Virus record (IMG/VR): IMGVR_UViG_3300030103_001665
Location: 1-62,481 of that record
From: a virus
Taxonomy: Duplodnaviria > Caudoviricetes
Length of the DNA: 62,481 nucleotides
Reading direction: 5' to 3' (one strand)
The notes beneath the pieces are model-generated. The model worked only from the letters and a program-made list of their open reading frames with translations. It made no database searches and had not been told where the DNA came from. Shown in pieces: positions 1-9,904 of the stretch. Position numbers and translations under genes: made by a program. Position 1 is the stretch's first letter, and each line of letters begins with the position of its first letter.

Positions 1-146
1 ATAGCACTTGTTTCTCCAAAACAAATAGCTCTAGTAGTTTGAGGAGTACCTAAAGTAACAGTGTAGTTACATGTAGTAGATAAGCTTCCAACTGATGAAA
101 CGCAAGATGATGATGCATCTGTCAATGTAGCTTGGAATTCATAATC
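1..146. repeat. Terminal direct repeat, left copy (circular assembly overlap)
   Basis: 1-146 equals 62336-62481 except A78 vs G62413, a synonymous Ser codon change in the gene spanning the join. Confidence 0.97.
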
Positions 147-3100
147 ACCATTTACTGTTGTTCCAGAGCTTAATGTTACAATTCCTGTTATTGAGTCTAT
201 AGAAAACACAGCGGTTGAACCTACTGGTGAAGAGATAATTGCTAAAGTATAGCATAATTCTTCTGTGTTATTAGTAACATCCGCGCTACCATTTACACCG
301 TTAGTAAATTGACCAAAAGATCCACTTGTTGAAGTAGTATATCCTGTAGATGTTCCTCCACATGCTTGTTGAACACCTGAATCTGTTCCAGTTGAAGGAG
401 TAAATCCTCCTATTGTAGGGGTTATATTTGTTAAATCAATAGTTATTTGATTGTTTAATGTATCTATAAAAGCACCACTATTATAACTAGTTTCAAAAGA
501 TACTTGAAATTGATTTGATTTTGATCCTGAAGAAGCTCCAAACCAAAATAATTGATTTGTTTGAATATCAAAATCTACTAATGAAGCACCACCACCAGTT
601 GATCTAATAGTAAATACTCCTGTCACATCAATACCATTACCATCAATAACTTGAGTTATAGTAGGAACAGAGTCAAGAGTTAATTGATTACCTGCAGAAT
701 CTGTAAAACTAAATGAAGTTATTATATTTGAAGGATTAGCAGCGTTTTCTGCAAAACTACCAGTTGAAACTGTAGTTCCTGAAACACCCGCGTATTCATT
801 TACCACTTGTGTATTTAGTGTTACAAAATTACCTGAAGTAGATGATTCGTAAAATATTTCTAATTGACTTTCTACAGGTGTAGTTTCTGAAACACTTAAA
901 AAAGGAGTCATACAACCATCTACTGTAAGCATACCTGAACCCCATGTATCGTCTGTTACTCTTGCACCTAGCGTATTAAGTTGCGGCGCACCTGCTTGAG
1001 TTAGCTGTGGTTGAGATTCTTCAGCACCAACTTTTAACCCCATTGCTATAGGAGTTTGTTCTTGATTATATAAACTTTGATACACACCAGTGGTTCCCCA
1101 TGGTATAGCTGCGGTAGCTACTGTATTATCAAAAGCTCCTGGAGCAGCGTTAGCAGTAAAAGGAGAGTTACCAAGTTGTAAACCACTTTGACCTATACTT
1201 CCAATAGTAACAGCCTCGTCATCTAGTCTTCCTGGAAAATATTGAGTATTCCACGGGTATGATCTAGTGTTATAATAGTTACCAGCTCCACTTTTATCAC
1301 GATTATCAATTGTTGGGTTATTAACTCTACCAATTAGATTAACAGAAGCTGAAAACTCATCTTGTAATGGTCCAACTTCATTTAAATCTCTAGGAACTTT
1401 ATTTATATTATCACCTAGTAAAACAGCAAATGCAACACTACCATATTCTTTAGAGTTTATTACTGGATAACCAGAAATATATCCTGGTAGATAAACATTG
1501 TAATATTCTTGTTCTTGTTGTTTTACAACTAATTTATATGATTGCCAACCTGTTGGGTTTGGATCGTTAACTATAGTTGTAACAACAGCCCCAGTACCTC
1601 CTGCTGGAGAGACAGATTGTTGAAATAATATTTGATCTGTTCCATAACCTGTACCAGCTGTAACTATTTCAATTCCTGTTATAACTCCTGCTGCAACTGC
1701 AGTTACTTTATATTCTAAATCAACACCGTATGCTAAATTTCCTGTAGGATAAGATGTTTTTATTACATCACCAACAGTATAACCTACTCCGCCACCGTTT
1801 AAAATTAAACCATCTACACTTGTGTCATCTTGAGATTTGTATAAGCCAGGTTCACCTGTTGTTGTATTTGGTATTGTTTGTGTAATACCATTATTAACTT
1901 TTACTCTTAAAACATTACCTAACCATTTATATATCGTTGTTGCGTCTGGTGAAATACCTGTAGCTATAGCACTGTTAGGACCACCAACATCACTCCAACT
2001 TTTATAAGGTACATATATTGTAGAACCATTTACATTAGGATCAGTATCGTTACTAGATAAAACAACACTAGACGCTCTACCGTACCTGTCAGCTAAAACA
2101 AATCCTACTTGGTAATTTCTATTTTGTTTAACAGAATGATTAGGATATTGAGCATAGTTATTATATTGTAGTGCTTTATTGTTGTTTGTAACTTCATAAT
2201 TTAAAGAGTTTGGAGGTGTATAACCTTGTACAAAGTTTCCGTAAATAACTCTATTAGCTGAAATTTCTTGTGCCAATGCTTTTACTGGAACATTATCATA
2301 AACTCTATTTTGTTCACTTGTAGGTAATGTACGATATGGTTTTATAGATTTATAGTCAAAGTTGTAGTACCACTGAGTTCCTGTAGCTGCTACTGTATTA
2401 GGTATTTCTTCTACTGAAGATACTATAGAATTAGTTACAGGTATAGTTTCTAATATTTTTACAGATGTAGCATCAGATTCTTTATATAAAATTTCTATAT
2501 CAGTAACTTTATAACCATCAATTAAACTAGCTACTGCTGTTGCAGCGCTAGTTCCATTATCTGGTAAAGGAACTTTTAAAGAAACAGTATCTATTTTATT
2601 TGTAAACCATTCTACAATAGTAGAATCATAAGTATTGAGCATGTCTTGTAATTGCTCTGGTTTACCTCCTCCAAAATAACCATCATTTTTAGGTATAAAA
2701 CAAATCTGTGTGTATGGAGCAGCTAGTGAATATTCGTTATCTTCATATTTAAATCTATAACTAAATCTTACAAATTTTTCTTCTATTAAATCTGGGTCTC
2801 CTGTAAAAGTAGAATTATAATTAGGGTTTGCTGAAATAGTTATATCATTTGTACCAGCCGCAACTGTTACATCTTTTGTTAATTCTAATACAATACTAGT
2901 GCCTGGAGTTATAGTTGTTACTTCAGAAATTAAAATTTCATTTGCTAAACTAACACCCATAGTTGTGCTTGTTATATAATCACCTACACGTGGGGTTGGT
3001 TGCGGTGTTTGTTCAGCATCAGTATTATTAAAATCATATACAATAGTAAGTGGATTACCCGCAGCTACAGGACCAGCTGCTGTAGAAACTGTAGTTTCAA

Positions 3101-4262
3101 AACCTCTTACTAATTTATCATCGTGAGAGTTTTTCATTGTGGTATTACTAAATGTAATAGGTATAGTAGTACCACCATATGAACCTGGGGTTTGACCAGC
3201 ACCTCCACTCTTAAAATTATTATATATAGTTACTGAAACACCTGGATTAATAAATATTACATTCCATAATTCTTGATCAAGTTGTGCTGGAAAACCAGTT
3301 GCTATATCTCCTATTTGAATGTTAGTAGTGTCAGCCATAGTTAAACTATATCCTTTTCTAACAGCATCTATAGCACCTCCAGTAATTTGTCTAATAGTTT
3401 GATGTAATACTAAAGGAGTTTCATAAGGATAATATTTAGCTACAGATATTTGATCTTCATTTACGTAATGAACAGGTGAAATTAAAGATGTCGGATTAGC
3501 ATTGTTTACATTTATTTTTCTAGGTTGATTCCTATTGTCTGTCCAAAACAATAAATCATCTATTAAATTAATTCCATATATTCTAAAATCTTGATGGAAA
3601 TTTAAAAAAGCACCTCTAACAAGTAAAGTGGTTACATCTGTATCAATATTATATCTATGTATAGTGTTAGTCCAACCTATATTTATTGTATTACCAGGAG
3701 CACCACCTGTATTAGCAAATACAACGTTTTGACTTATAGTTATATTATAATTTGGAGCTCCTCCAATACCTGTAACTATAGGGTCAACTCCTTGTCCACC
3801 TCCTGCAGAAGGTACACCATTCCAATTATCACCCCATAAAAGCATTCCTACTTGTATACCTACGACTGTAGGGTTTAATTGATTACCCGCAACATCAAAT
3901 ATTTGTATGGTTGTAGTAGCTGTAACCCCTGCTGGATCAGCATACACTACTAAATCTCTAGGACATCTTCCACTGCTAGAGTATCCAGCACTCATTATAT
4001 ATAAATTATTAGTAGTCTCATCTGTATATTGACCAATAATTTTACCAGCATAAAAATCTGGATTTGTTAAAGTGTTTTTACCTGTATATAAATATGTTAA
4101 TTCAGTATTACCTGGTATATTCTCAAACTCTCCTACATCAGCACCTTCTGATCTACTTATTTGTAGATTTTGAGCATCTCTATATTCACCGTTTGGTAAT
4201 ATTCTACTATCTAAGTCTTTATTCATCTTAGATTTTAGAAAAGTATTAACTATTTGTGGCAT
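1..4262 (-). CDS. Tail stabilisation/nozzle protein (P22 gp10-like), N-terminal part; continues across the circular join to 61678 (about 1639 aa in total)
   Basis: Missing from the ORF track because it runs off the edge. ATG at 4262 gives MPQIVNTFLKSKMNKDLDSRILPNGEYRDAQNLQISRSEG. Frame at positions 3-23 (CFGETSA) matches ORF 61678..62460; 4262+658=4920 nt is divisible by 3. The MNKD...GEYRDA start is typical of flavophage/crAss-like stabilisation proteins. Confidence 0.8.
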   Translation of the reverse strand, partial: MPQIVNTFLKSKMNKDLDSRILPNGEYRDAQNLQISRSEGADVGEFENIPGNTELTYLYTGKNTLTNPDFYAGKIIGQYTDETTNNLYIMSAGYSSSGRCPRDLVVYADPAGVTATTTIQIFDVAGNQLNPTVVGIQVGMLLWGDNWNGVPSAGGGQGVDPIVTGIGGAPNYNITISQNVVFANTGGAPGNTINIGWTNTIHRYNIDTDVTTLLVRGAFLNFHQDFRIYGINLIDDLLFWTDNRNQPRKINVNNANPTSLISPVHYVNEDQISVAKYYPYETPLVLHQTIRQITGGAIDAVRKGYSLTMADTTNIQIGDIATGFPAQLDQELWNVIFINPGVSVTIYNNFKSGGAGQTPGSYGGTTIPITFSNTTMKNSHDDKLVRGFETTVSTAAGPVAAGNPLTIVYDFNNTDAEQTPQPTPRVGDYITSTTMGVSLANEILISEVTTITPGTSIVLELTKDVTVAAGTNDITISANPNYNSTFTGDPDLIEEKFVRFSYRFKYEDNEYSLAAPYTQICFIPKNDGYFGGGKPEQLQDMLNTYDSTIVEWFTNKIDTVSLKVPLPDNGTSAATAVASLIDGYKVTDIEILYKESDATSVKILETIPVTNSIVSSVEEIPNTVAATGTQWYYNFDYKSIKPYRTLPTSEQNRVYDNVPVKALAQEISANRVIYGNFVQGYTPPNSLNYEVTNNNKALQYNNYAQYPNHSVKQNRNYQVGFVLADRYGRASSVVLSSNDTDPNVNGSTIYVPYKSWSDVGGPNSAIATGISPDATTIYKWLGNVLRVKVNNGITQTIPNTTTGEPGLYKSQDDTSVDGLILNGGGVGYTVGDVIKTSYPTGNLAYGVDLEYKVTAVAAGVITGIEIVTAGTGYGTDQILFQQSVSPAGGTGAVVTTIVNDPNPTGWQSYKLVVKQQEQEYYNVYLPGYISGYPVINSKEYGSVAFAVLLGDNINKVPRDLNEVGPLQDEFSASVNLIGRVNNPTIDNRDKSGAGNYYNTRSYPWNTQYFPGRLDDEAVTIGSIGQSGLQLGNSPFTANAAPGAFDNTVATAAIPWGTTGVYQSLYNQEQTPIAMGLKVGAEESQPQLTQAGAPQLNTLGARVTDDTWGSGMLTVDGCMTPFLSVSETTPVESQLEIFYESSTSGNFVTLNTQVVNEYAGVSGTTVSTGSFAENAANPSNIITSFSFTDSAGNQLTLDSVPTITQVIDGNGIDVTGVFTIRSTGGGASLVDFDIQTNQLFWFGASSGSKSNQFQVSFETSYNSGAFIDTLNNQITIDLTNITPTIGGFTPSTGTDSGVQQACGGTSTGYTTSTSGSFGQFTNGVNGSADVTNNTEELCYTLAIISSPVGSTAVFSIDSITGIVTLSSGTTVNGDYEFQATLTDASSSCVSSVGSLSTTCNYTVTLGTPQTTRAICFGETSA

Positions 4263-4265
4263 ATT

Positions 4266-5504
4266 TTATCTTTTTATCCATTTAGATTTTCCACGCATTA
4301 CTTGAACTATTTCATCAAGTTTTACATTAGATAATCTAATTTTAGCATTTCTTAATTTAGCACTTTTTTCTCTACGTAATCTTTGTACTATATACTCAGG
4401 TTGATTAATTCTAGTAGATATAATAGCATGTGAAATATATGCGTATAAAGCATCTTCTGCCATTTTAGGTATTCTACTATCTAAATCATAAGCAAGACCA
4501 TCTGATACATATTCTAGTATAATTATTTGACCTACTAAATTACTAGAAAAAGAAACTTTACCCTCTCTATCATTCATTGTAAACCAACCATTGTATTGAG
4601 CATATTGCGGTGACATACCATATTGTTCACCCCAACCCCAATACCAATAACCTCCATAACCCCAATTATAACCAGCCCAATCCATACCTTCATTATATAA
4701 TTGAAGATTAAAGTTTTGACTAATTAAATTAGTATTAGCATTTGCCCATCTTTCTTCTGTAATAGATGTGCCTTCTAGGTTTTCAGAAAAATTATCTTGT
4801 GTAGGTGTTCCATACCCATCTTGAATAGGCATTTCATATGGAGAACTAGTTAAGTTGTTTGAAGGATATATTATTCTTTGCACTCCTAAATCATCTATTC
4901 TAGATATTCTAACATAGTTTACATAATCTTGAGGTAATATTACACTTAAACTAGGTGGTATAGTAAGTTCTTGAGACTTAATAGATTTTAAAGTATCATA
5001 ACTAAATTCTTGTAAACCTCTTTTAGCATGGAATATTATATCAGTTCTTTTAGCGTTAGATATAAGTTTGTTTTCTCCTACAAAGCCTACAATAAAATTA
5101 TTAACTACATCTTGTAGTGTTAAATAAGAATAACTACCATAATTTTGTTCTACAGTTGTTCCATAAGCGTCTCTAGCGCCAAAGTTTCCACCATCAATAG
5201 TTTTTAATTGACAAACTAAAACATTATTTTGAGGTAGCGCAACTCCTAGTGTAATAACATTTCTGTCCACTGTATAAGTAGTAATATATTCTGTATAAGT
5301 AATACCATCTGCACTGGAGTATAATTTAAAATTATTTTTTCCATAATTAATATTGGTTGGATCAGAACTACCTAATATTAAATCTGTATTAAATGTAAAA
5401 GTAAATACTGTTTGACCTAACGCATTACTTACTACAAATCCCTGCGCTCCCGCGTAATATTGTTCATTAGTTTCGGTGATTAATCCACCATTTGGTGTTG
5501 GCAT
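4266..5504 (-). CDS. Virion tail/ring structural protein
   Basis: 412 aa, between the adaptor-like and gp10-like genes; LPQDYVNYVRIS and IILEYVSDG segments resemble tail-tube/ring proteins. Confidence 0.6.
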   Translation of the reverse strand: MPTPNGGLITETNEQYYAGAQGFVVSNALGQTVFTFTFNTDLILGSSDPTNINYGKNNFKLYSSADGITYTEYITTYTVDRNVITLGVALPQNNVLVCQLKTIDGGNFGARDAYGTTVEQNYGSYSYLTLQDVVNNFIVGFVGENKLISNAKRTDIIFHAKRGLQEFSYDTLKSIKSQELTIPPSLSVILPQDYVNYVRISRIDDLGVQRIIYPSNNLTSSPYEMPIQDGYGTPTQDNFSENLEGTSITEERWANANTNLISQNFNLQLYNEGMDWAGYNWGYGGYWYWGWGEQYGMSPQYAQYNGWFTMNDREGKVSFSSNLVGQIIILEYVSDGLAYDLDSRIPKMAEDALYAYISHAIISTRINQPEYIVQRLRREKSAKLRNAKIRLSNVKLDEIVQVMRGKSKWIKR

Positions 5505-5507
5505 ATC

Positions 5508-6242
5508 TTATTGTTTTTCGTTTGCGTCTTGTGTAGCGACTGCTTGAGAAGCTGCTTGTATTATTGTTGGATCTTGTATTATAACTCCTGCATAAGCTAA
5601 TATCCTTAATATTAATTCATCTTGCTCTGTTACGTCTAAATCAAACTGTATTGAAGAACCTGAAGAGTATAAATAAGCTCCTTGAGCGTTTGTGGTAAAA
5701 CCCCATACAACATTTAAAGGTTTAGCTAAATATGAAATAGTAATATCACTAATTATCGTAGTTGGATATAGTGTTATAATATTATTCTCATATGAATATA
5801 TAGGAAATTTTTCTGATGGTTGAGTTAAAGGGGAAAGTAATAATTGTTTTAACTCGTTAGGTTGTATGTATTGACCTAGATCTGTATTTTTATAAAAAAC
5901 AGAACCTAATCTGTATAATGTATCTGTAGTTCCAACAACAACTGGTGTGTCGGGAACTGCAAAGTCTAATAAAGTAAAACCACTAGTAGTGGCAATATTA
6001 GTAGGTGTAGCAGTTCTTTGAAAAAACTGTAACTTTTGTTCTATGTTTTTTACACGGTTTGCATATTCAGTATCATTTTGTGAAACTCTATATTGTTGAT
6101 TTAAATCACTTGCGTAACCTTCAAATATAGTTAATTGAGCTTGAGTAGCAGCTTTATTAAACTCATCAGGAGTCATATAACCTCTCTGCTGTTGGTTAAG
6201 GATCAATAATACCGTTTGATATACTGTATTTACGTTTACCAT
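5508..6242 (-). CDS. Head-tail adaptor/ring protein (P22 gp4-like position)
   Basis: 244 aa; N-terminal ILNQQQRGYMTPDEFN..A..AQ motif and position downstream of the capsid gene. Confidence 0.55.
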   Translation of the reverse strand: MVNVNTVYQTVLLILNQQQRGYMTPDEFNKAATQAQLTIFEGYASDLNQQYRVSQNDTEYANRVKNIEQKLQFFQRTATPTNIATTSGFTLLDFAVPDTPVVVGTTDTLYRLGSVFYKNTDLGQYIQPNELKQLLLSPLTQPSEKFPIYSYENNIITLYPTTIISDITISYLAKPLNVVWGFTTNAQGAYLYSSGSSIQFDLDVTEQDELILRILAYAGVIIQDPTIIQAASQAVATQDANEKQ

Positions 6243-6260
6243 TATATTTTTATTAATTTA

Positions 6261-6289
6261 ATACAAAGGCGGACGAATCCGCCTTGTAT
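6261..6289 (-). terminator. Stem-loop with UUCG tetraloop (terminator or processing hairpin)
   Basis: Minus strand ATACAAGGCGGA-TTCG-TCCGCCTTTGTAT, intergenic. Confidence 0.65.
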
Positions 6290-6298
6290 CATTTAGTG

Positions 6299-7120
6299 TT
6301 ATGCTAGTCTTTTATCTATTGACTTATATACTTCAACTCCTTCATCTGTTTTAAACCAAGCAGCTAATGCTGAATAAGGGTTTTCATCAAAAGGAACTGT
6401 CATTAATTTTCTATCATTACTAGCCCAATGTATAGATCTTTGATCTGGAGATATTCTTAAAATACCTTGTTCAACAGCGTTGATACCAAAGTTTCTTAAT
6501 TGTACATTTTCATCATTAGCTAAAGATAAAAATAATCTTGGGTTTCTTTTAGCAAGTATCATTAAGTCTCTTCTTAATTCTTTAGAGCTCAATTGTGTCA
6601 CTTTACTTCCCGCTTCTACTCTAACAATTGCTTCAGCCATATCTACATCCATATCTCTAGCTGCATTTAAAGCTTCAATTTCCCATTCAATTAATTCTAA
6701 ATCATTTTCAGCAATTGCAGCTGGTACAAATTCAGAATATTTTCTATCTTTCATAGGGTGATATAAAGATAATAATTTTTGTAAAATTACATTTTCTTTA
6801 GGAACGGATAATGATCCATCTCTAAAAGTAATATGACCTAGAGTAACCTCTCCTTTTTGTTCATCAACAAATGGAGATGACATATTAGTAGCATATCTTA
6901 ATTCTCTTTGAGTTTGTGATTTTGTATCAAACCACAACAAAGCATGCTTTTTGGTGTGTTTACTAGGTATAGTGAGAGTTAAAGGTTCTTTATTACCTTT
7001 TAGTATATACGTTCTATCTTTTATTTCCCAGTTATCTTTTTTTACAACTGGTTTTTCTTTTTTAGGGGTAGCAACCATAATTGATTCTTCTACCACTTCT
7101 TCTTTTTTATTTTTTGCCAT
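6299..7120 (-). CDS. Conserved hypothetical protein of the head module
   Basis: 273-aa ORF directly after the capsid gene, with A/T-rich leader. Confidence 0.7.
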   Translation of the reverse strand: MAKNKKEEVVEESIMVATPKKEKPVVKKDNWEIKDRTYILKGNKEPLTLTIPSKHTKKHALLWFDTKSQTQRELRYATNMSSPFVDEQKGEVTLGHITFRDGSLSVPKENVILQKLLSLYHPMKDRKYSEFVPAAIAENDLELIEWEIEALNAARDMDVDMAEAIVRVEAGSKVTQLSSKELRRDLMILAKRNPRLFLSLANDENVQLRNFGINAVEQGILRISPDQRSIHWASNDRKLMTVPFDENPYSALAAWFKTDEGVEVYKSIDKRLA

Positions 7121-7150
7121 AATATAATATAATTAAATAGTTTAAAAAAT

Positions 7151-7186
7151 AATAATTACCTCCACCCGAAGATGGAGGTTATTATT
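7151..7186 (-). terminator. Intrinsic terminator after the major capsid gene
   Basis: Minus strand AATAATAACCTCCATC-TTCG-GGTGGAGGTAATTATT (C-UUCG-G loop) followed by ATTTTTT. Confidence 0.75.
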
Positions 7187-7197
7187 AATGTGAATAA

Positions 7198-8655
7198 TTA
7201 CACTCCTTTGAATAATACAAAGTTGTTAGCAGCTTGAGTTACTAAACATCTTTCAGAAAGGAAGTTAACTTCCATTGCATCAAGAGTTGAAGTAAATGCA
7301 CCACCAACAGAACCTGTTAACCAAGATTTCATTCTTCTATCATCAGTTTGTGAAGCTCTATATCTTACGTGTAAGAAAGGTCTTCTGATGTTAGTTCCTA
7401 AAATTTGATCGTAAACAGTTGTAGTACCAGCAGGAACTAAAACTCCTTCAATAGAGTTTGGTCCAGTCACAGCACCACGAGTTGAAGCGTCATTAAGGTA
7501 TTTCCAGTCAGTCTTATAGAAATCATATGAACCTCTTCTAAAACCGCTAAAACCTAAGTTTAATGCCATTTCTTCTGAGTTTTCAAATAATCCATAAGCA
7601 GTACCACCTGAAGATCCAGATGAAATTGCAGCAAGCATATCATCAAAATCTAAAGCTGTTTGTCTGTCTAAGAATAACATGTTTTCTTCAATTGCTCCTT
7701 GAGTATCTAAGTTTCTAAGAATGTCGTCAAAGTCACTAATACCTGCAGCAGCCGAGAATCCAACTTGCACGTTACCTCTAGCTTGAATAGCAGCAAAAAG
7801 ACCTTCTGATCCTTGAGCTTCACCTACTGTAAGAGCAGATGCAGCAGCTACTAATTCAGCTTCTACACATACCATTTCTAAGTAGTCTTCAAATCTTAAT
7901 CTAGTTTCAGATTCAGCTTTAAGATACCATAAATAACCACCTGTTCCGTCTTCAGTTGAAACTTCAATCCAACCTATTTGAGCAGTATCAGAACCAGATA
8001 CAACATACTTGTCTCTGATTATTACTGGTCTATTACTGAACTGAGTAAGCGTAGGCTCAACACTAACCATATCATTTCCTGTAGCAGGAGCAGCGCCTTG
8101 CGCAGCATTAGGTGTAGTTTGTCCTTTTCTATATTCAGAACCGTAAACAAAGATTTTAAAAGCTCCAACAATTCCAGCAGCAGCTATAGTAGCAGCCGTG
8201 TAACAGTCTCCGTTTATTTGCACTGGTCCTGCACCTACGTTAGAATCACCTACTAGGAATTTTGCTTCGTTACCAAAATCATCCAATAATACAATTGTAG
8301 ATCTTGGAGAGATTACGTTAGTAACACCTGCTGGTATTTGAATACCATCAGAAAAACCTGCAGCAGGAGCAACTCTTGTACAGTTGTCATATGCAATGTG
8401 TAATCTATTTTGTTCTGACCAGATTACTTGGTCACTTGTCATTGGAAGTTCAGCACCGACCATTCTTAAAAATCCAGATAGTGTTCTGTTTCCATATCTC
8501 TCTACTTCTGCTTCGTAAATTTCAGGCAGATATTGTTGAGCGAAAGAATCAGAATCACCAGGATTTGCTCCTCCATTAAAGGATAAGAAATTAGTTGATA
8601 AAGCTTCCTGTACTTGACTCGGTACTATCGAGCCAAACTGTGGGGATAAAGCCAT
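7198..8655 (-). CDS. Major capsid protein
   Basis: 485 aa following portal and scaffold; QQYLPEIYEAEVERYGNR and C-terminal DAMEVNFLSERCL are typical of flavophage HK97-fold capsids; followed by a strong hairpin. Confidence 0.85.
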   Translation of the reverse strand: MALSPQFGSIVPSQVQEALSTNFLSFNGGANPGDSDSFAQQYLPEIYEAEVERYGNRTLSGFLRMVGAELPMTSDQVIWSEQNRLHIAYDNCTRVAPAAGFSDGIQIPAGVTNVISPRSTIVLLDDFGNEAKFLVGDSNVGAGPVQINGDCYTAATIAAAGIVGAFKIFVYGSEYRKGQTTPNAAQGAAPATGNDMVSVEPTLTQFSNRPVIIRDKYVVSGSDTAQIGWIEVSTEDGTGGYLWYLKAESETRLRFEDYLEMVCVEAELVAAASALTVGEAQGSEGLFAAIQARGNVQVGFSAAAGISDFDDILRNLDTQGAIEENMLFLDRQTALDFDDMLAAISSGSSGGTAYGLFENSEEMALNLGFSGFRRGSYDFYKTDWKYLNDASTRGAVTGPNSIEGVLVPAGTTTVYDQILGTNIRRPFLHVRYRASQTDDRRMKSWLTGSVGGAFTSTLDAMEVNFLSERCLVTQAANNFVLFKGV

Positions 8656-8667
8656 TTTTTTTAAATT

Positions 8668-9879
8668 TTAATTGTTAAATGTTCGTTTTTTGATTTTCAA
8701 TTTTGATGAATCTGCTCCACTAACAGCTTTAACCTTGAAACCACCTACATAAACGTCCCCACCTGCAACTTGCCTTGGTGCGTCCATACTTGGGTTTTTA
8801 GATTTCTGTACAATGGTTTTAACACCATCTGCTTTACCTTGCTCATAAAAATGAGAGGCGAGTTTATCAGTATTCATCGCAGCATATAAAGCTTTGTGAT
8901 AACCTGCTGTGTCACTAATCTTTCCATCTTTGTCTAAAAATTTTTCTACAAAATTAGAAATATTAGATTGAGTTTCAGCTATCTTACTCGGATCTTGAAC
9001 TTTATACCTAAACTTTTTATCTCCCACATTATAATCAAAACCTTTGAAATCAGTGTTAAATAATTTATCAGTACGATTTTTAAAATCCTCTTGAGTTTGC
9101 TTTATAGTTTCTTGCTGTTTATTGTAACGATTAAAAAAGTCCATTGCTTTTTGCTGATCTTGAGTAACACCAGGTCTTTGCTTTATTTCAGCATAGTACT
9201 GGGTTTTTCTTTTCTCTAAATCTTGCTTAGCTCCAGCAACCGCTTCTTTATAAGCTAACTTTTTTCTTCGTATGTCTTTTTGCTCATCTAATTCTTCATC
9301 ATATTTATAATCTTCCATTATAAGACTAATATCTTCAGAGTCTAAATGAGGTTTTGTTTTTCTTAAATATTCTTTTAAAAGTTGATCGTTGTTTAATTTA
9401 GAATAATCTTTATTTAATTCTACATAATCTTCAACTGTACCACCAGTTTCTTCCATAAACTTTACTAGTTTATCTACATTTTCTGGTAATTTAGATTGTT
9501 CTACAACTTTTTCTTTTACAATTTCTTTTTTTGGTTCTTCTTTTGATTCAACTATTTCTTCTATTATTTGGATCGGAGATTCTTCTTTAGCATCTGTATT
9601 GTCGACCCGTACTTCTTCGTCCACTTTTTTGCTATTTCCGGATGTTTCAACCACAGGTACTTCTTCTGTTTTTCGCTCTTGAACGGCATCTTTTTCTGGT
9701 TTTTTTGTTAAATCAACTTTTATTGGTTCTTGTATTTTAATATTAGGATCTTTAGATAAGTCTACTTTTGCTACTTCAACTTTTTTACCTAATTGTTTTG
9801 GTTTTTGAGATTTTACTTTATTTTTTAAAGTAAATTCACCTTCTTGTTTGACCTCTACGGCCGCTTTTTTTTGTGACAT
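8668..9879 (-). CDS. Putative scaffolding protein
   Basis: E/K-rich disordered N-terminus and helical C-terminus; lies between portal and capsid genes. Confidence 0.6.
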   Translation of the reverse strand: MSQKKAAVEVKQEGEFTLKNKVKSQKPKQLGKKVEVAKVDLSKDPNIKIQEPIKVDLTKKPEKDAVQERKTEEVPVVETSGNSKKVDEEVRVDNTDAKEESPIQIIEEIVESKEEPKKEIVKEKVVEQSKLPENVDKLVKFMEETGGTVEDYVELNKDYSKLNNDQLLKEYLRKTKPHLDSEDISLIMEDYKYDEELDEQKDIRRKKLAYKEAVAGAKQDLEKRKTQYYAEIKQRPGVTQDQQKAMDFFNRYNKQQETIKQTQEDFKNRTDKLFNTDFKGFDYNVGDKKFRYKVQDPSKIAETQSNISNFVEKFLDKDGKISDTAGYHKALYAAMNTDKLASHFYEQGKADGVKTIVQKSKNPSMDAPRQVAGGDVYVGGFKVKAVSGADSSKLKIKKRTFNN

Positions 9880-9904
9880 AATATAATATAATTAAAAATT
9901 AATA

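Noticed and set aside
1-146. Terminal repeat as a biological direct terminal repeat
   Set aside because: It falls in the middle of a tail gene, which fits an assembly overlap; the real end is more likely near 29.6 kb.
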